A stretch of DNA of 46,210 bases from Patescibacteria group bacterium (GCA_018896595.1 JAHIME010000023.1:1-46210), one strand, 5' to 3'; shown: positions 25,626 to 35,297, numbered from the stretch's first letter. Program-made: numbers and translations. The notes: generated by a model from the letters alone, not told the origin.

Positions 25626-25669
25626 AATTTCTCAGCCCAAGGCTGATCCGCCTCGGGCGGATAATTTCT
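25626..25669. repeat. 30-nt double-hairpin element flanked by the 7-nt direct repeat AATTTCT
   Basis: CAGCC-caa-GGCTG (25633-25645) and ATCCGCC-tcg-GGCGGAT (25646-25662), between AATTTCT copies at 25626-25632 and 25663-25669. Related to the element at 1656-1685. Confidence 0.7.
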
Positions 25670-25674
25670 AATAA

Positions 25675-26781
25675 ATGAAAGTAGCGTTAATACATGACCA
25701 CCTTGCCCAAGACGGGGGGGCGGAAAAAGTTTTAAAAGCGCTCGCGGATTTATTTCCCGAAGCGCCTATTTATACTTTGCTTTATGAAAAGAAAAATGCC
25801 GATAAGTATTTTAAAAATAAGCATATTGAAACTTCGGTAATACAAAAATTGCCCGGCGGGATTAAGCATTACCAGTGGTATATGCCGTTTATGCCCATGG
25901 CGGTTGAATTTTTTGATTTAAGCGGCTATGACTTGGTTATTTCCGACGCCAGCGCCTTTGCCAAAGGAGTGATTACCCCAACCGACGCCTTGCATATCTG
26001 CTATTGCCATACGCCTACAAGATATTTATGGAGCGATACCCACCAATATATCAATGAATTAAAATATAATAAATATTTCAAGAAAGTCATTTCTTTTGTT
26101 TTGAATTATATACGGATGTGGGATAAATTGGCGGCGGATCGGGTGGATAAATATATCGCCAATTCGCGTGCGGTGGAGCGCAGGATAAAAAAGTATTACA
26201 GGCGCGGCTCAACGGTGATTTATCCTCCCGTGGAAATTGGCAAGTTTTACATTTCCCCGGAGCCGGAAGATTATTTTTTAACAGGCAGCCGGCTGGTGCC
26301 TTACAAAAGAGTTGACTTGGTGATAGAAGCGTTTAAAAAACTTGACAAGAAGCTGAAAATTTTCGGCGACGGCGTTGATTTGCCGAGATTGAAAGAAATC
26401 GCGGCCGGCTGCGGCAATATTGAATTTTTAGGCAGAGTTGACGATAATATCAGGGCGGAATTATACAGCAAGTGCCAGGCCTTTATTCATCCTCAGGAGG
26501 AAGATTTCGGCATCACGGCTGTTGAAGCCATGGCCTCGGGCCGGCCGGTTATCGCTTACGGAAAAGGAGGCGCCTTGGAAACAGTGGTTGAGAATTTTAC
26601 CGGAGAATTTTTTAACGGCCAGACAGCGGATAGTTTGCGCGAAGCGGTTGAAAATTTTGACAACAAAAAATATAATCCGGAAGCGATTCGCCGGCATGCC
26701 GAAAAGTTTTCAGCGGAAAGATTTAAAAGCGAGATTAAAAATTATATTGAAGAGGAATATAGGAAATTCAAAGCCTGTTAG
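25675..26781 (+). CDS. glycosyltransferase, GT4 (GT-B) family
   Basis: EDFGITAVEAMASGRPVIA (EX7E motif). Confidence 0.85.
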   Translation: MKVALIHDHLAQDGGAEKVLKALADLFPEAPIYTLLYEKKNADKYFKNKHIETSVIQKLPGGIKHYQWYMPFMPMAVEFFDLSGYDLVISDASAFAKGVITPTDALHICYCHTPTRYLWSDTHQYINELKYNKYFKKVISFVLNYIRMWDKLAADRVDKYIANSRAVERRIKKYYRRGSTVIYPPVEIGKFYISPEPEDYFLTGSRLVPYKRVDLVIEAFKKLDKKLKIFGDGVDLPRLKEIAAGCGNIEFLGRVDDNIRAELYSKCQAFIHPQEEDFGITAVEAMASGRPVIAYGKGGALETVVENFTGEFFNGQTADSLREAVENFDNKKYNPEAIRRHAEKFSAERFKSEIKNYIEEEYRKFKAC

Positions 26782-26785
26782 AGCA

Positions 26786-28243
26786 ATGAAAAATTTTACT
26801 GTTAAAATCAGGATATTTTTGTGGCTGATTTTAGCCGGCGTTACCGGCTGGCTTTTATATATGGCCGCGGCGCCAAGCGGAAAAATCAGCTATGTTGCCG
26901 ATTTTACGAAGAGCAGTTATTTTATCGGGAAATTAACGCCGGAAGAGAGGTTAATGCCTATTGAAGGCGAGATGCCGCTATCCCGCGTTATTATCGGCGA
27001 TCCGGTTTATTTTTCCTTAAGAACGGCGAGGCGGTTTGACAAAGCGAAATTGACATTGAAATACAGGCAGTCGGAAGACGCGCCGCCGATTATTGAAGCG
27101 GGTGTTCTGGCCGATAAAATAATTTGGCGCTATGACTTGCAGCCGATTGAAAATAAAATCATTGGCCGGCTGGCTTATGTATGGGATGTTAAAAATGAAA
27201 ACGGCTTGATATTATTGCAGAGAAACGATTCAGCCAGTACGACACTGTACGGCAGTATTGAAGATTTTTTAAACAAACCGCCGCAAAACAGCGAAATAGC
27301 TTTGTATAATCGCGATTTAAACATGGAATATTTATTGCGGGATTATAAAAAGTCCGCGGAAAATCAGCCGACCGTTCCGGCTGTGCGCGGCGCTTACCAA
27401 TTTTACACTTATATCAAGGACGAGGATTTGGATTTCACTTTTGATTTTATTGATATTAATAAAAACAAAGACAGCGATCCGATTGATTTAAACCTGTATT
27501 ACGGCAATCAAATAATTGACACAAGGCATTTGGACGATGACGGCATTGCCAACGACAGCGGCAAAGAAAGCGCAACAAGGCGGCTGAGTTTAAAAGCCGC
27601 GAATTTGCCCGAAGGAGTTTATAAAGTGGAATTGCGGGCGAATGATGATGTAATTACCGAGGAAATAACAACAAAACAAAGCAAGCTGTCTTTTGCCGCA
27701 AAAATTCGGCTTGCCGGCGCGGGCGCCAAAAACATTGGTTTATTTACCGACAGCAATGAAATAAGCGCGCAGACCGTTAATCCCGGGAGTTTGCAGAAAA
27801 TTAAAATCGGCGATAATGAATTGGATATTAATCAAACCTACAAGCAGTTTAATATTGAAACCGGGCAGGGTGTTAAAGAAATCAAGCTGGAAAAGGACGA
27901 TGTGATATTGGCCGGCGACGGCGTGTTCGGTTTTAGCGAAGAAGCTCTTATCAATCCCGCCTTTAAAAAAGTTGACGGCAAATTGGATATAAATAGCGTA
28001 AATTACATATTGGCAAAATACGAAATGCCGGCGGAGGAAAATGGCTGGAAAATCGCTCAAGCGGAATTTGATTTAAGCGGAGCGTATCGCGAGCAAGGCC
28101 GATATAATTTTTTAATTTCCATTCCCGGACTTAGAGCGGATGATGAGATTAAAGATTGGGTTGAAGTTAGAGAGATAAAGATAGAGCTGGAGGGAACAAC
28201 ATTATTAAAGAGAATAAAAAATACTTTTACTAATCAAAATTAA
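26786..28243 (+). CDS. membrane-anchored hypothetical protein (485 aa)
   Basis: The ATG at 26786 lies just after the GT4 stop. N-terminal TM segment IFLWLILAGVTGWLLYMAAA. The track start at 26438 overlaps the GT4 gene. Confidence 0.65.
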   Translation: MKNFTVKIRIFLWLILAGVTGWLLYMAAAPSGKISYVADFTKSSYFIGKLTPEERLMPIEGEMPLSRVIIGDPVYFSLRTARRFDKAKLTLKYRQSEDAPPIIEAGVLADKIIWRYDLQPIENKIIGRLAYVWDVKNENGLILLQRNDSASTTLYGSIEDFLNKPPQNSEIALYNRDLNMEYLLRDYKKSAENQPTVPAVRGAYQFYTYIKDEDLDFTFDFIDINKNKDSDPIDLNLYYGNQIIDTRHLDDDGIANDSGKESATRRLSLKAANLPEGVYKVELRANDDVITEEITTKQSKLSFAAKIRLAGAGAKNIGLFTDSNEISAQTVNPGSLQKIKIGDNELDINQTYKQFNIETGQGVKEIKLEKDDVILAGDGVFGFSEEALINPAFKKVDGKLDINSVNYILAKYEMPAEENGWKIAQAEFDLSGAYREQGRYNFLISIPGLRADDEIKDWVEVREIKIELEGTTLLKRIKNTFTNQN

Positions 28244-28342
28244 ACTTAAAAAGAAACAAATTTTAATATTCAATATACAACATACAACATTCAATCAACA
28301 TCCAATATATTAATAATCAATAAAGTTGAATATTTAATAAAT

Positions 28343-28531
28343 ATGTTTTATTTAATTTCCAAAGAACTATTCTACACTCTCACAGCCGCTTTAATTATTT
28401 TTTGCGCGCTTGAATTAGCTTGGCCCGGTGTTGTTTTGGCTTATATCAATATTAATTGGGTGTTGATATTTTGGCTGATAGTTAGTATAATAGTATTAGC
28501 GGCCGATAGAGTAAATAATAACTATGATTAA
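28343..28531 (+). CDS. small two-TM membrane protein
   Basis: 62-aa hydrophobic ORF whose end overlaps the next gene start. Confidence 0.45.
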   Translation: MFYLISKELFYTLTAALIIFCALELAWPGVVLAYININWVLIFWLIVSIIVLAADRVNNNYD

Positions 28532-28976
28532 GGGCGTTACAATAAAGAAGCTTAATAAATACGATGACGAGCGCGGCTGGCTGGCGGAAATTTACCGCCG
28601 CGACGAAGACAAATACCAGCCGGCAATGAGCTATATAAGCGTGACAAAGCCGGGCGTTGTCCGCGGGCCGCATGAGCATGTTTATCAGAGCGACTGTTTT
28701 GTGTTTGCCGGTCCGGGAAATTTTGAACTGCATCTTTGGGATCGCAGAGAAAATAGCGAAACAAAAGACGAACATACTAAAATAGAAGCTGGAGAAGATA
28801 ATCCGACAATGGTTATCGTTCCGCCGGGCGTGGTACACGGCTACAAATGCGTCGGCGATAAAGACGGTTGGTGCGTTAATCTGCCGGATAAATTATATAA
28901 AGGCGAAAATAAACAGGAAGAAGTTGACGAAATCAGATGGGAGAAGGTGGATAATTCCAAATATAATATAAAATAA
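28524..28976 (+). CDS. RmlC-like cupin (dTDP-4-dehydrorhamnose 3,5-epimerase-related)
   Basis: DERGWLAEIYR, RGPHEH and PPGVVHGY. Lies in a cluster with rfbB, rfbD and rfbA. Confidence 0.65.
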   Translation: MIKGVTIKKLNKYDDERGWLAEIYRRDEDKYQPAMSYISVTKPGVVRGPHEHVYQSDCFVFAGPGNFELHLWDRRENSETKDEHTKIEAGEDNPTMVIVPPGVVHGYKCVGDKDGWCVNLPDKLYKGENKQEEVDEIRWEKVDNSKYNIK

Positions 28977-28980
28977 TTTA

Positions 28981-29059
28981 TTAGTTAATTAGGCAATTAG
29001 TTAATTAGGCAATTAGGTTGCAAAAACCTAATTCCTAATCCCTAATTCCTAATCCCTAA
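28981..29059. repeat. long imperfect hairpin built from tandem repeats
   Basis: ttagttaattaggcaa x2, then ttaggtt-gcaaaa-acctaa, then ttcctaatccctaa x2. The right half contains CCTAATY heptamers. Confidence 0.7.
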
Positions 29060-29062
29060 ACT

Positions 29063-29467
29063 ATGGACTGTATTTTTTGTAAAATTATAGCGGGCGATTT
29101 GCCAAGCTATAAAGTCTATGAAGACGATAAGGTTTGCGCCTTTTTGGACGTCTTGCCAATCCATCCCGGCCACACCATAATCGTGCCAAAGATCCATGTT
29201 TCCGATGTTGAAAGCTTAGATGACGGCGAACTTTGCGCCATGGTAACAGTAATGAAAAAAATCGGCAAAGCCGTAATGGAAGGTTTGGGCGTAAAAGGCT
29301 ACAGCATTCTTTTGGACAATAAAGACGCCGCCAACCAGCATGTGCCCCATGTCCATTTCCATTTAGTGCCGAGAAAAGAAGGCGACGGCTTGGGCAGATG
29401 GCCGCAGAGCGGCTATTCCGAGGGCGAAGCGGAAGAGTGTTTGAAGCAGATACAGGAAAAACTGTAA
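29063..29467 (+). CDS. HIT-family (histidine triad) protein
   Basis: CIFCKI start and HVPHVHFHLVPR. Confidence 0.85.
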   Translation: MDCIFCKIIAGDLPSYKVYEDDKVCAFLDVLPIHPGHTIIVPKIHVSDVESLDDGELCAMVTVMKKIGKAVMEGLGVKGYSILLDNKDAANQHVPHVHFHLVPRKEGDGLGRWPQSGYSEGEAEECLKQIQEKL

Positions 29468-29472
29468 AATAT

Positions 29473-29877
29473 ATGTGTGTTTTTTGCAAAATAGTTGCCG
29501 GGGAAATTCCCAGCCACAAGGTTTATGAGGACGAGGATACTTTGGCATTTTTGGATATCGCGCCTGTCAGTTGCGGCCACATTTTAGTGATTCCCAAAAA
29601 ACATTTTGTTAATATGGAAGATATTCCGGAAGACGAGCTGAGCAAACTGATTAAAACCGTAAAAAAGGCCGGCAAGGCCATAAAAGACGGTTTAGCCGTT
29701 GCCGGTTATAACGCCAATGTGAATAATGATCCGGCGGCGGGGCAGATTATACCGCATATTCATTTTCATATAATTCCCAGAACTGAAGGCGATGGTTTGC
29801 GACTATGGCCTCAAAGCAAATACAAAGAAGGGGAAGCGGAAGAGGCGTTGAGGAAAATTAAGAGTTGTATAAGATAA
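29473..29877 (+). CDS. HIT-family protein, tandem paralogue
   Basis: CVFCKI start and HIPHIHFHIIPR. The ATG at 29473 is preferred over the upstream extension. Confidence 0.85.
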   Translation: MCVFCKIVAGEIPSHKVYEDEDTLAFLDIAPVSCGHILVIPKKHFVNMEDIPEDELSKLIKTVKKAGKAIKDGLAVAGYNANVNNDPAAGQIIPHIHFHIIPRTEGDGLRLWPQSKYKEGEAEEALRKIKSCIR

Positions 29878-29880
29878 TTT

Positions 29881-30855
29881 ATGAAAATATTGGTAACCGG
29901 AGGAGCCGGTTTTATAGGGAGCAACTTTATACATTATTGGCTTAAAAAATATCCAGATGATAAAATTATCAATCTGGATGTTTTAACTTACGCGGGAAAT
30001 TTGGAAAATTTGAAAGATATTGAAGATAATAAAAATTATCAATTTATAAGAGGGGATATCTGCGATGCCACGCTGGTGAATGAATTAGTCAAAGCCGTTG
30101 ATTTAATCGTCCATTTCGCCGCCGAATCCCATGTTGACCGCTCTATTTTAAATAGCAGTGATTTTATCAGGACAAATGTTGAGGGTACGCGAGTCTTGCT
30201 TGACGCGGCGAAAAACGCCGGCGGTATCAGATTTCATCATATTTCCACCGATGAGGTTTTTGGCTCGCTGAAACCGGATGATGCTAAATTCAATGAAAAT
30301 ACTCCCTATGACCCGCGCAGTCCTTACAGCGCTTCCAAGGCATCGTCCGATCATCTTGTCCGCGCTTATTATCACACCCATAAACTGCCGATTACCATAT
30401 CTAATTGCACCAATAATTACGGACCATACCAATTTCCGGAAAAAATAATTCCCTTATTCATAACAAATTTGTTAGACGAGAAAAAAGTTCCGGTTTACGG
30501 GGAAGGCCGAAATATCCGCGATTGGATTTATGTTGACGACCATAACGCCGGCGTGGATGCCGTAATCCATAAGGGCAAAATAGGGGAGACTTATTGCCTG
30601 GGCGGCGGCAATGAATTAACTAATTTGGAAATAACCAAAAAGATTTTAAAATTAATGAATAAGGGGGAAGAGATGATTGAATATGTGGTTGACAGGCCGG
30701 GCCATGATTTCCGCTATGCCATGGATATCAGTAAAGCGAAAGATGAGCTGGGCTGGCGGCCGGAAATGGATTTTAACCGTGGCTTGACTAAAACCGTGGA
30801 ATGGTATAAAAATAATCAAGAATGGTGGAGGAGGTTAAAATCGCATAATTCATAA
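29881..30855 (+). CDS. rfbB: dTDP-glucose 4,6-dehydratase
   Basis: GGAGFIGSNF and YSASKASSDHLVRAY. Confidence 0.9.
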   Translation: MKILVTGGAGFIGSNFIHYWLKKYPDDKIINLDVLTYAGNLENLKDIEDNKNYQFIRGDICDATLVNELVKAVDLIVHFAAESHVDRSILNSSDFIRTNVEGTRVLLDAAKNAGGIRFHHISTDEVFGSLKPDDAKFNENTPYDPRSPYSASKASSDHLVRAYYHTHKLPITISNCTNNYGPYQFPEKIIPLFITNLLDEKKVPVYGEGRNIRDWIYVDDHNAGVDAVIHKGKIGETYCLGGGNELTNLEITKKILKLMNKGEEMIEYVVDRPGHDFRYAMDISKAKDELGWRPEMDFNRGLTKTVEWYKNNQEWWRRLKSHNS

Positions 30856-30861
30856 CATTTT

Positions 30862-31770
30862 ATGAAAAAAATTTTAATTTTAGGAGCAAAAGGCAATTTA
30901 GGAGGACAATTAATCAAGGTTTTTAGCAAAAAAAATGAGGTTATCGCCTGGGACAGAGAAGAGATAGATATTACGGACAAAGAATTGATTTATAAAAAAG
31001 TAAGCGACATAAAGCCGGATATTATTATCAACGCCGCCGCCTACAACGCTGTTGATAAATGCGAGGAAGACGAAAATGAATTTGAATTGGCGAAAAAATT
31101 AAATTGCCAGGCGGTGGGATATCTGGCCGAGGCCGCAATCAGCGTAAATTCAATTTTAGTCCATTATTCAAGCGATTATGTTTTTGGCGGACACGCGAAT
31201 AAAACAAATAGCGAACAAATAAAACGAATTAAGAAACAGGGCGGTTTTAAAGAAGATGACAATCCTGATCCGGTAAATAAATACGGCGAATCAAAATTTA
31301 TGGGCGAACGGGAATTAATCAGCCGGAGCGGCAAAGGGCTGAAATGGTATTTAATCAGAACTTCAAAACTATTCGGGCCAAAAGGCGAAAGCGAGGTTGC
31401 CAAGCCGAGTTTTTTTGATATAATGCTTAAGCTGGCCAAAGAAAAAGAAGTATTGGATGTCGTTGACGAGGAGATGAGCTGCTTTACCTATACGCCGGAT
31501 TTAGCGAAAGCGACCAGAAAATTGATTGAAAGCGATATGGGTTACGGTATTTATCATATAGTAAACGAAGGGCCTTGCGCCTGGTATCAAGCGGCCAAAG
31601 AGCTGTTTGGAATTGCCGGCATAAATATCACGGTTAATCCGGTGAGCGGAGACAAATTTCCCCGTCCTGCCAAGCGGCCGAGCTATTCGGTATTGCTGAA
31701 CACAAAATTTGAACAGCTTAGGAGTTGGCAAGAAGCGTTGAGGGAGTATTTAAAAATTAAAAATTTGTAA
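30862..31770 (+). CDS. rfbD: dTDP-4-dehydrorhamnose reductase (with an internal insertion)
   Basis: ILGAKGNLGG, SSDYVFGG, YGESK and RPSYSVL. Confidence 0.8.
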   Translation: MKKILILGAKGNLGGQLIKVFSKKNEVIAWDREEIDITDKELIYKKVSDIKPDIIINAAAYNAVDKCEEDENEFELAKKLNCQAVGYLAEAAISVNSILVHYSSDYVFGGHANKTNSEQIKRIKKQGGFKEDDNPDPVNKYGESKFMGERELISRSGKGLKWYLIRTSKLFGPKGESEVAKPSFFDIMLKLAKEKEVLDVVDEEMSCFTYTPDLAKATRKLIESDMGYGIYHIVNEGPCAWYQAAKELFGIAGINITVNPVSGDKFPRPAKRPSYSVLLNTKFEQLRSWQEALREYLKIKNL

Positions 31771-31774
31771 ATAT

Positions 31775-32500
31775 ATGCGTGGAATAATATTATCAGGAGG
31801 ATCTGCGACAAGGCTGCGGCCTTGCACCAAAGTAACAAGCAAACAGCTTATGCCGGTCTATAACAGGCCGATGATTTATTATCCCTTGAATACCTTGATT
31901 AAAGCCGGTATTAAGGAAATATTAATTATTGTCGCGCCGGAGCGGGCCGGGGATTATTTAAATTTGCTCGGCTCGGGCAGGGAATTCGGCGTAAAATTCA
32001 CTTATGAAATTCAGGACAAGCCGCGCGGCCTGGCCGAGGCCTTTATTATCGGCGAAAATTTTATTGATGATGACAATGTCGCGATGATTTTAGGCGATAA
32101 TATTTTTGAAGATGATTTCAGCGAAGATATAAAAAATTTCAAATCGGGAGGAAAAGTATTCGCCAAGAAAGTTCCGGATCCGGAAAGATTCGGCGTGGTG
32201 CGGTTTGACTGCAATATGAAAGCCGTGAAAATTGAAGAAAAGCCGAAAGAGTGGATTAGCGATTACGCCATCACCGGCTTGTATATTTACGACAGCAGGG
32301 TCGTTGAAGCGGCCAAACAAGTTCAACCGAGCGAACGGGGCGAGCTGGAAATTACGGAGCTGCATAATTGGTATTTAAAAAAAGGCGAGCTGGAAGTGGC
32401 GATGGTGAACGGCGAATGGATTGACGCCGGAACTTTTGACAGCTTATTGCGCGCGCAGAATTTTGCGAAGGAGAAAATGCAGGAAAAATTAGTTATTTAA
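31775..32500 (+). CDS. rfbA: glucose-1-phosphate thymidylyltransferase-like nucleotidyltransferase (short form)
   Basis: GIILSGGSATRLRP and GLAEAF. Cluster context supports the call. Confidence 0.75.
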   Translation: MRGIILSGGSATRLRPCTKVTSKQLMPVYNRPMIYYPLNTLIKAGIKEILIIVAPERAGDYLNLLGSGREFGVKFTYEIQDKPRGLAEAFIIGENFIDDDNVAMILGDNIFEDDFSEDIKNFKSGGKVFAKKVPDPERFGVVRFDCNMKAVKIEEKPKEWISDYAITGLYIYDSRVVEAAKQVQPSERGELEITELHNWYLKKGELEVAMVNGEWIDAGTFDSLLRAQNFAKEKMQEKLVI

Positions 32501-32539
32501 TATTCTACCGCCCTTTAGGGCAGGGTGTAGAATAAAATT

Positions 32540-33526
32540 ATGAGTTACGCGCTAACAATCGGCTTTATCACATACGGCAAATCTACGGCAAAGTATTTGC
32601 CTTATTTTTTATCCAGTTTAAAGGGGCAGACTTTTAAAGATTTTAATATTTTGGTTTTTGACAATACGGAAGAGGCGGAAAACGAAAATGCGCTATATAT
32701 CAGGAATAATTATCCTGAAATTGAGATTGCGCGCGGAAACGGCAATTTGGGCTTCGCGGCGGCCTTTAATAGATTGATAAATAAGGCAAAAGGCGGCGGC
32801 GCGGAATATTTTTTGGCGTTGAATCCGGACATGGTTTTGGAACCGGACGCGGTTGAAAAAATGGTAAAAGTATTGGAAGGAGATAGCGGTTTGGGGTCGG
32901 TTTGCCCGAAAATATTAAAATGGAACTTTGAAAACAACAAAAAAACAAGCATAATTGACAGTTGCGGAATTAAAGTGAAATCCGGTTTGAGATTTTTTGA
33001 TTTGGGCCAGAACAAGTTTGACAAAGGGCAGTTTAACAATGCGGAAATTTTAGGCCCGTCAGGCGCGGCGGCGATGTATCGCATAAGCGTGTTGGAAAAA
33101 GTAATGATTAATCCCCCCCACCTCCCCCTTGCGAAGGGGGGCGATCAATATTTTGACGAGCTGATGTTTATGTATAAAGAAGACTGCGATTTGGCTTACA
33201 GATTATTTTTAGCCGGATATAGATCAAAATGCGTCGCGGACGCGGTAATTTATCACGATCGAACAACATACGGCAAAGGCGAAGGCGATTTGCAAGTTGC
33301 GTTTAACCGCAAAGGCAAAAGCAGGCAAGTGAAAAAATGGGCGTTCCTGCATCAACAGATAATTTTCATCAAGTATTGGAAATTGCAGAGTTTTTGGAAT
33401 AAACTGGCAATAATTTGGTATGAGATAAAAATGATTATTTTTATTTTATTATTTGAACAGTATTTGTTAGGGGAATTATTAAATTTATGGAAAATAAAAA
33501 AAGAAATAATAATAAGACAAAAATAA
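32540..33526 (+). CDS. glycosyltransferase family 2
   Basis: FDN/NxGFA-type N-terminal region (VFDNT...GNLGFAAAFN) and a C-terminal TM segment. Confidence 0.8.
   Translation: MSYALTIGFITYGKSTAKYLPYFLSSLKGQTFKDFNILVFDNTEEAENENALYIRNNYPEIEIARGNGNLGFAAAFNRLINKAKGGGAEYFLALNPDMVLEPDAVEKMVKVLEGDSGLGSVCPKILKWNFENNKKTSIIDSCGIKVKSGLRFFDLGQNKFDKGQFNNAEILGPSGAAAMYRISVLEKVMINPPHLPLAKGGDQYFDELMFMYKEDCDLAYRLFLAGYRSKCVADAVIYHDRTTYGKGEGDLQVAFNRKGKSRQVKKWAFLHQQIIFIKYWKLQSFWNKLAIIWYEIKMIIFILLFEQYLLGELLNLWKIKKEIIIRQK
33111..33146. repeat. C-run/TTGCGAA/G-run hairpin element inserted in frame (ATC-flanked)
   Basis: ATC (33111-33113), then 30 nt ccccccacctcccccttgcgaaggggggcg, then ATC (33144-33146). Read as NPPHLPLAKGGD. 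Same family as 838-902. Confidence 0.75.
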
Positions 33527-33552
33527 ATTAAAAATTAAAAATTAAAAATTTT
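33525..33552. repeat. intergenic heptamer repeats (AAATTAA x3 plus AAATTTT)
   Basis: Read directly from the sequence between the two GT2 genes. Confidence 0.6.
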
Positions 33553-33559
33553 TGGCTGT

Positions 33560-34447
33560 ATGGATTTAAGCATAATCATCGTTTCTTGGAACGTAAAAGA
33601 AAAATTAAGAGAAAATTTATTGGCTTTGTTTAAGAGCGAAGGAGATGTAAGCTTTGAGATGTTTGTCGCGGATAATAATTCCCAAGACGGAACCGCGGAA
33701 ATGGTAAAAAATGAATTTTCATTTAACGGGGTGAAGTTAATCGCTAACGCGGAAAACTTGGGATTTGCCAAAGCGAACAATCAGGCGATAAAACAGGCGC
33801 GAGGAGAGTTTATTTTACTGCTTAATCCGGATATGCGCGTTGTTCTGCCGGACACTTTAAGCAATATGGTAAAATGGATGCGGGAGAACAAACAGGCATC
33901 GGTTGCCGGCTGCCGTCTTATAGACGAACAGGGCAATACAATAAAACATGTAAGAAAATTTCCAACAGTTTGGGATCAGTTGGCGATTGTTTTAAAACTG
34001 CCGCATATTTTCCCAAATGTATTGGATAAATATTTGCGAGTTGATTTTGATTACAGCAAAGATGCGAAAGTTGACTCGGTGCGCGGAGGGTTTTTTATGT
34101 TGCGAAGGACCTCACCCCGACCCTCTCCTCGTGAAGGAGAAGGGGAGTTATTAGATGAGCGGTATTTTCTTTGGTTTGAAGAAGTTGATTTTTGCCGGCA
34201 GGTTTATGAAAAAAAAGGAGAAGTTTGGCATACGCCCGCGGCCGAGTGCGTTGATTATGTGGGCCAAAGCTTTAAACAATTGCCCCGCGGCAAAACGCAG
34301 AAATATTTCCGCGATTCAATGTTGAAATACTTTAAAAAATGGCATCCGGCATGGCAGTATCGGCTGTTAAAGCTTGTCTGGCCGATCGGCATGCTTATAA
34401 CGCGGTTGGGCGAAAAAACACATTTAAAAAGCAAGGCGAATACATAA
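33560..34447 (+). CDS. glycosyltransferase family 2
   Basis: LSIIIVSWN, DNNSQDGT, NLGFAKANN and LLLNPD. Confidence 0.8.
   Translation: MDLSIIIVSWNVKEKLRENLLALFKSEGDVSFEMFVADNNSQDGTAEMVKNEFSFNGVKLIANAENLGFAKANNQAIKQARGEFILLLNPDMRVVLPDTLSNMVKWMRENKQASVAGCRLIDEQGNTIKHVRKFPTVWDQLAIVLKLPHIFPNVLDKYLRVDFDYSKDAKVDSVRGGFFMLRRTSPRPSPREGEGELLDERYFLWFEEVDFCRQVYEKKGEVWHTPAAECVDYVGQSFKQLPRGKTQKYFRDSMLKYFKKWHPAWQYRLLKLVWPIGMLITRLGEKTHLKSKANT
34111..34147. repeat. palindromic element read through in frame (SPRPSPREGEGEL)
   Basis: CCCTCTCCT-cgtga-AGGAGAAGGG with the outer pair CTCACCCC / GGGGAG. Confidence 0.65.
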
Positions 34448-34568
34448 TAAAAGAAATTAAAAGACGCTTATGCATTATAATCCGTTTGCTTAAAAGAGTG
34501 ATGAAGATAAAATAATTTTAAACTCCTTATTAAGCATTATGATTCTTAGTTAGTTTACATTTTTATAT

Positions 34569-35297
34569 TTATCGCTCGCAAACGGTTTTGCATTTATTAT
34601 TCTCGCACTTGATATTCAAATTTGCACAAAGTAGGCAACCATAAGTACAATTCGAATGAAATGAATTAAACAGACGATTAATTCGTGCTGCTTCGTTTTT
34701 ATTTACATAAGCAGAACAACCAAAAGGACATTTATTCCCAGCATCTTTACAGTCCAAATCAACATGGCAATAATTCGCCTCTTTAATTTCATGTTTGATA
34801 TATAACTCTTTTATTTTTTGAGATGCAATTAGCAAAGTTGATAACACTATAATAATTGCCAGCAAAACAAAAGTTATTTTTTTTTCTGATTGCGTGAATA
34901 AGCGAACAATTAAATAAAAAAACAAAATAATAGACAAATAAAAAATAAAATTTACAAGCGGATACATGAATAAACCGCCTGAAATAAAATTCCATTTCCC
35001 GATTAAGATTCCGTCAACTACATCCTGGATATAATGTATTAAATAAAAATGCGGCCAGCCATGGACGGTCTGCATAATCGTACCGCCGATTTTCTTAACT
35101 ATAACTAACAAGGATAACGAAGTTAAAACTAAAGCTCCCAAAACCATAATCAGCTTGTCCGCTTTTCTGATCATAAACTTCTTTTTTTTATACAAAAACA
35201 GCGATATAAATAATAAAACAATTGAAATATAAAATATTTGTTGTACTGTCATAATTTTATTAATTATTTTAATCAAAAGCAAGGAGCAACATTCCAA
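34569..35297 (-). CDS. multi-TM membrane protein with a Cys-rich C-terminal domain
   Basis: Hydrophobic ORF with 13 Cys in the last ~70 aa. The real start may be the Met at 35252. Confidence 0.6.
   Translation of the reverse strand: MECCSLLLIKIINKIMTVQQIFYISIVLLFISLFLYKKKKFMIRKADKLIMVLGALVLTSLSLLVIVKKIGGTIMQTVHGWPHFYLIHYIQDVVDGILIGKWNFISGGLFMYPLVNFIFYLSIILFFYLIVRLFTQSEKKITFVLLAIIIVLSTLLIASQKIKELYIKHEIKEANYCHVDLDCKDAGNKCPFGCSAYVNKNEAARINRLFNSFHSNCTYGCLLCANLNIKCENNKCKTVCER

Noticed and set aside
26438-26785. Long N-terminal extension of ORF 26438-28243, and similar extensions at 5971-6012, 29398-29472, 7624-7674, 8284-8298, 21489-21530 and 46061-45975
   Set aside because: The extensions overlap the upstream gene, or cross hairpins or attC arms in another frame context. 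Many use TTG starts. An internal ATG at a sensible intergenic distance gives the canonical N-terminus in each case.
2677-29059. CCCTAA-containing repeats as telomere-like sequence
   Set aside because: The period is 7 nt (CCCTAAT / CCTAATY), not 6. One copy set lies inside hydA and the other forms a hairpin between two genes. Nothing suggests a chromosome end.
149-33780. Numerous antisense or out-of-frame track ORFs inside well-supported genes (for example 149-367, 207-518, 1418-1796, 1745-2074, 7725-8127, 8733-9111, 10205-10645, 16584-17072, 28482-28838, 29085-29548, 32710-33084)
   Set aside because: These are shadow ORFs opposite to or overlapping genes with clear family motifs. They show no independent signals.
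34468-34548. Similar 15-nt strings (TATGCATTATAATCC / TAAGCATTATGATTC) and an AACTCCTTA motif in the convergent intergenic region, as a possible last attC or array boundary
   Set aside because: There is no AAC/GTT core, no complementary stems and no GATGTA/TATTTC flanks. The similarity is short and AT-rich.
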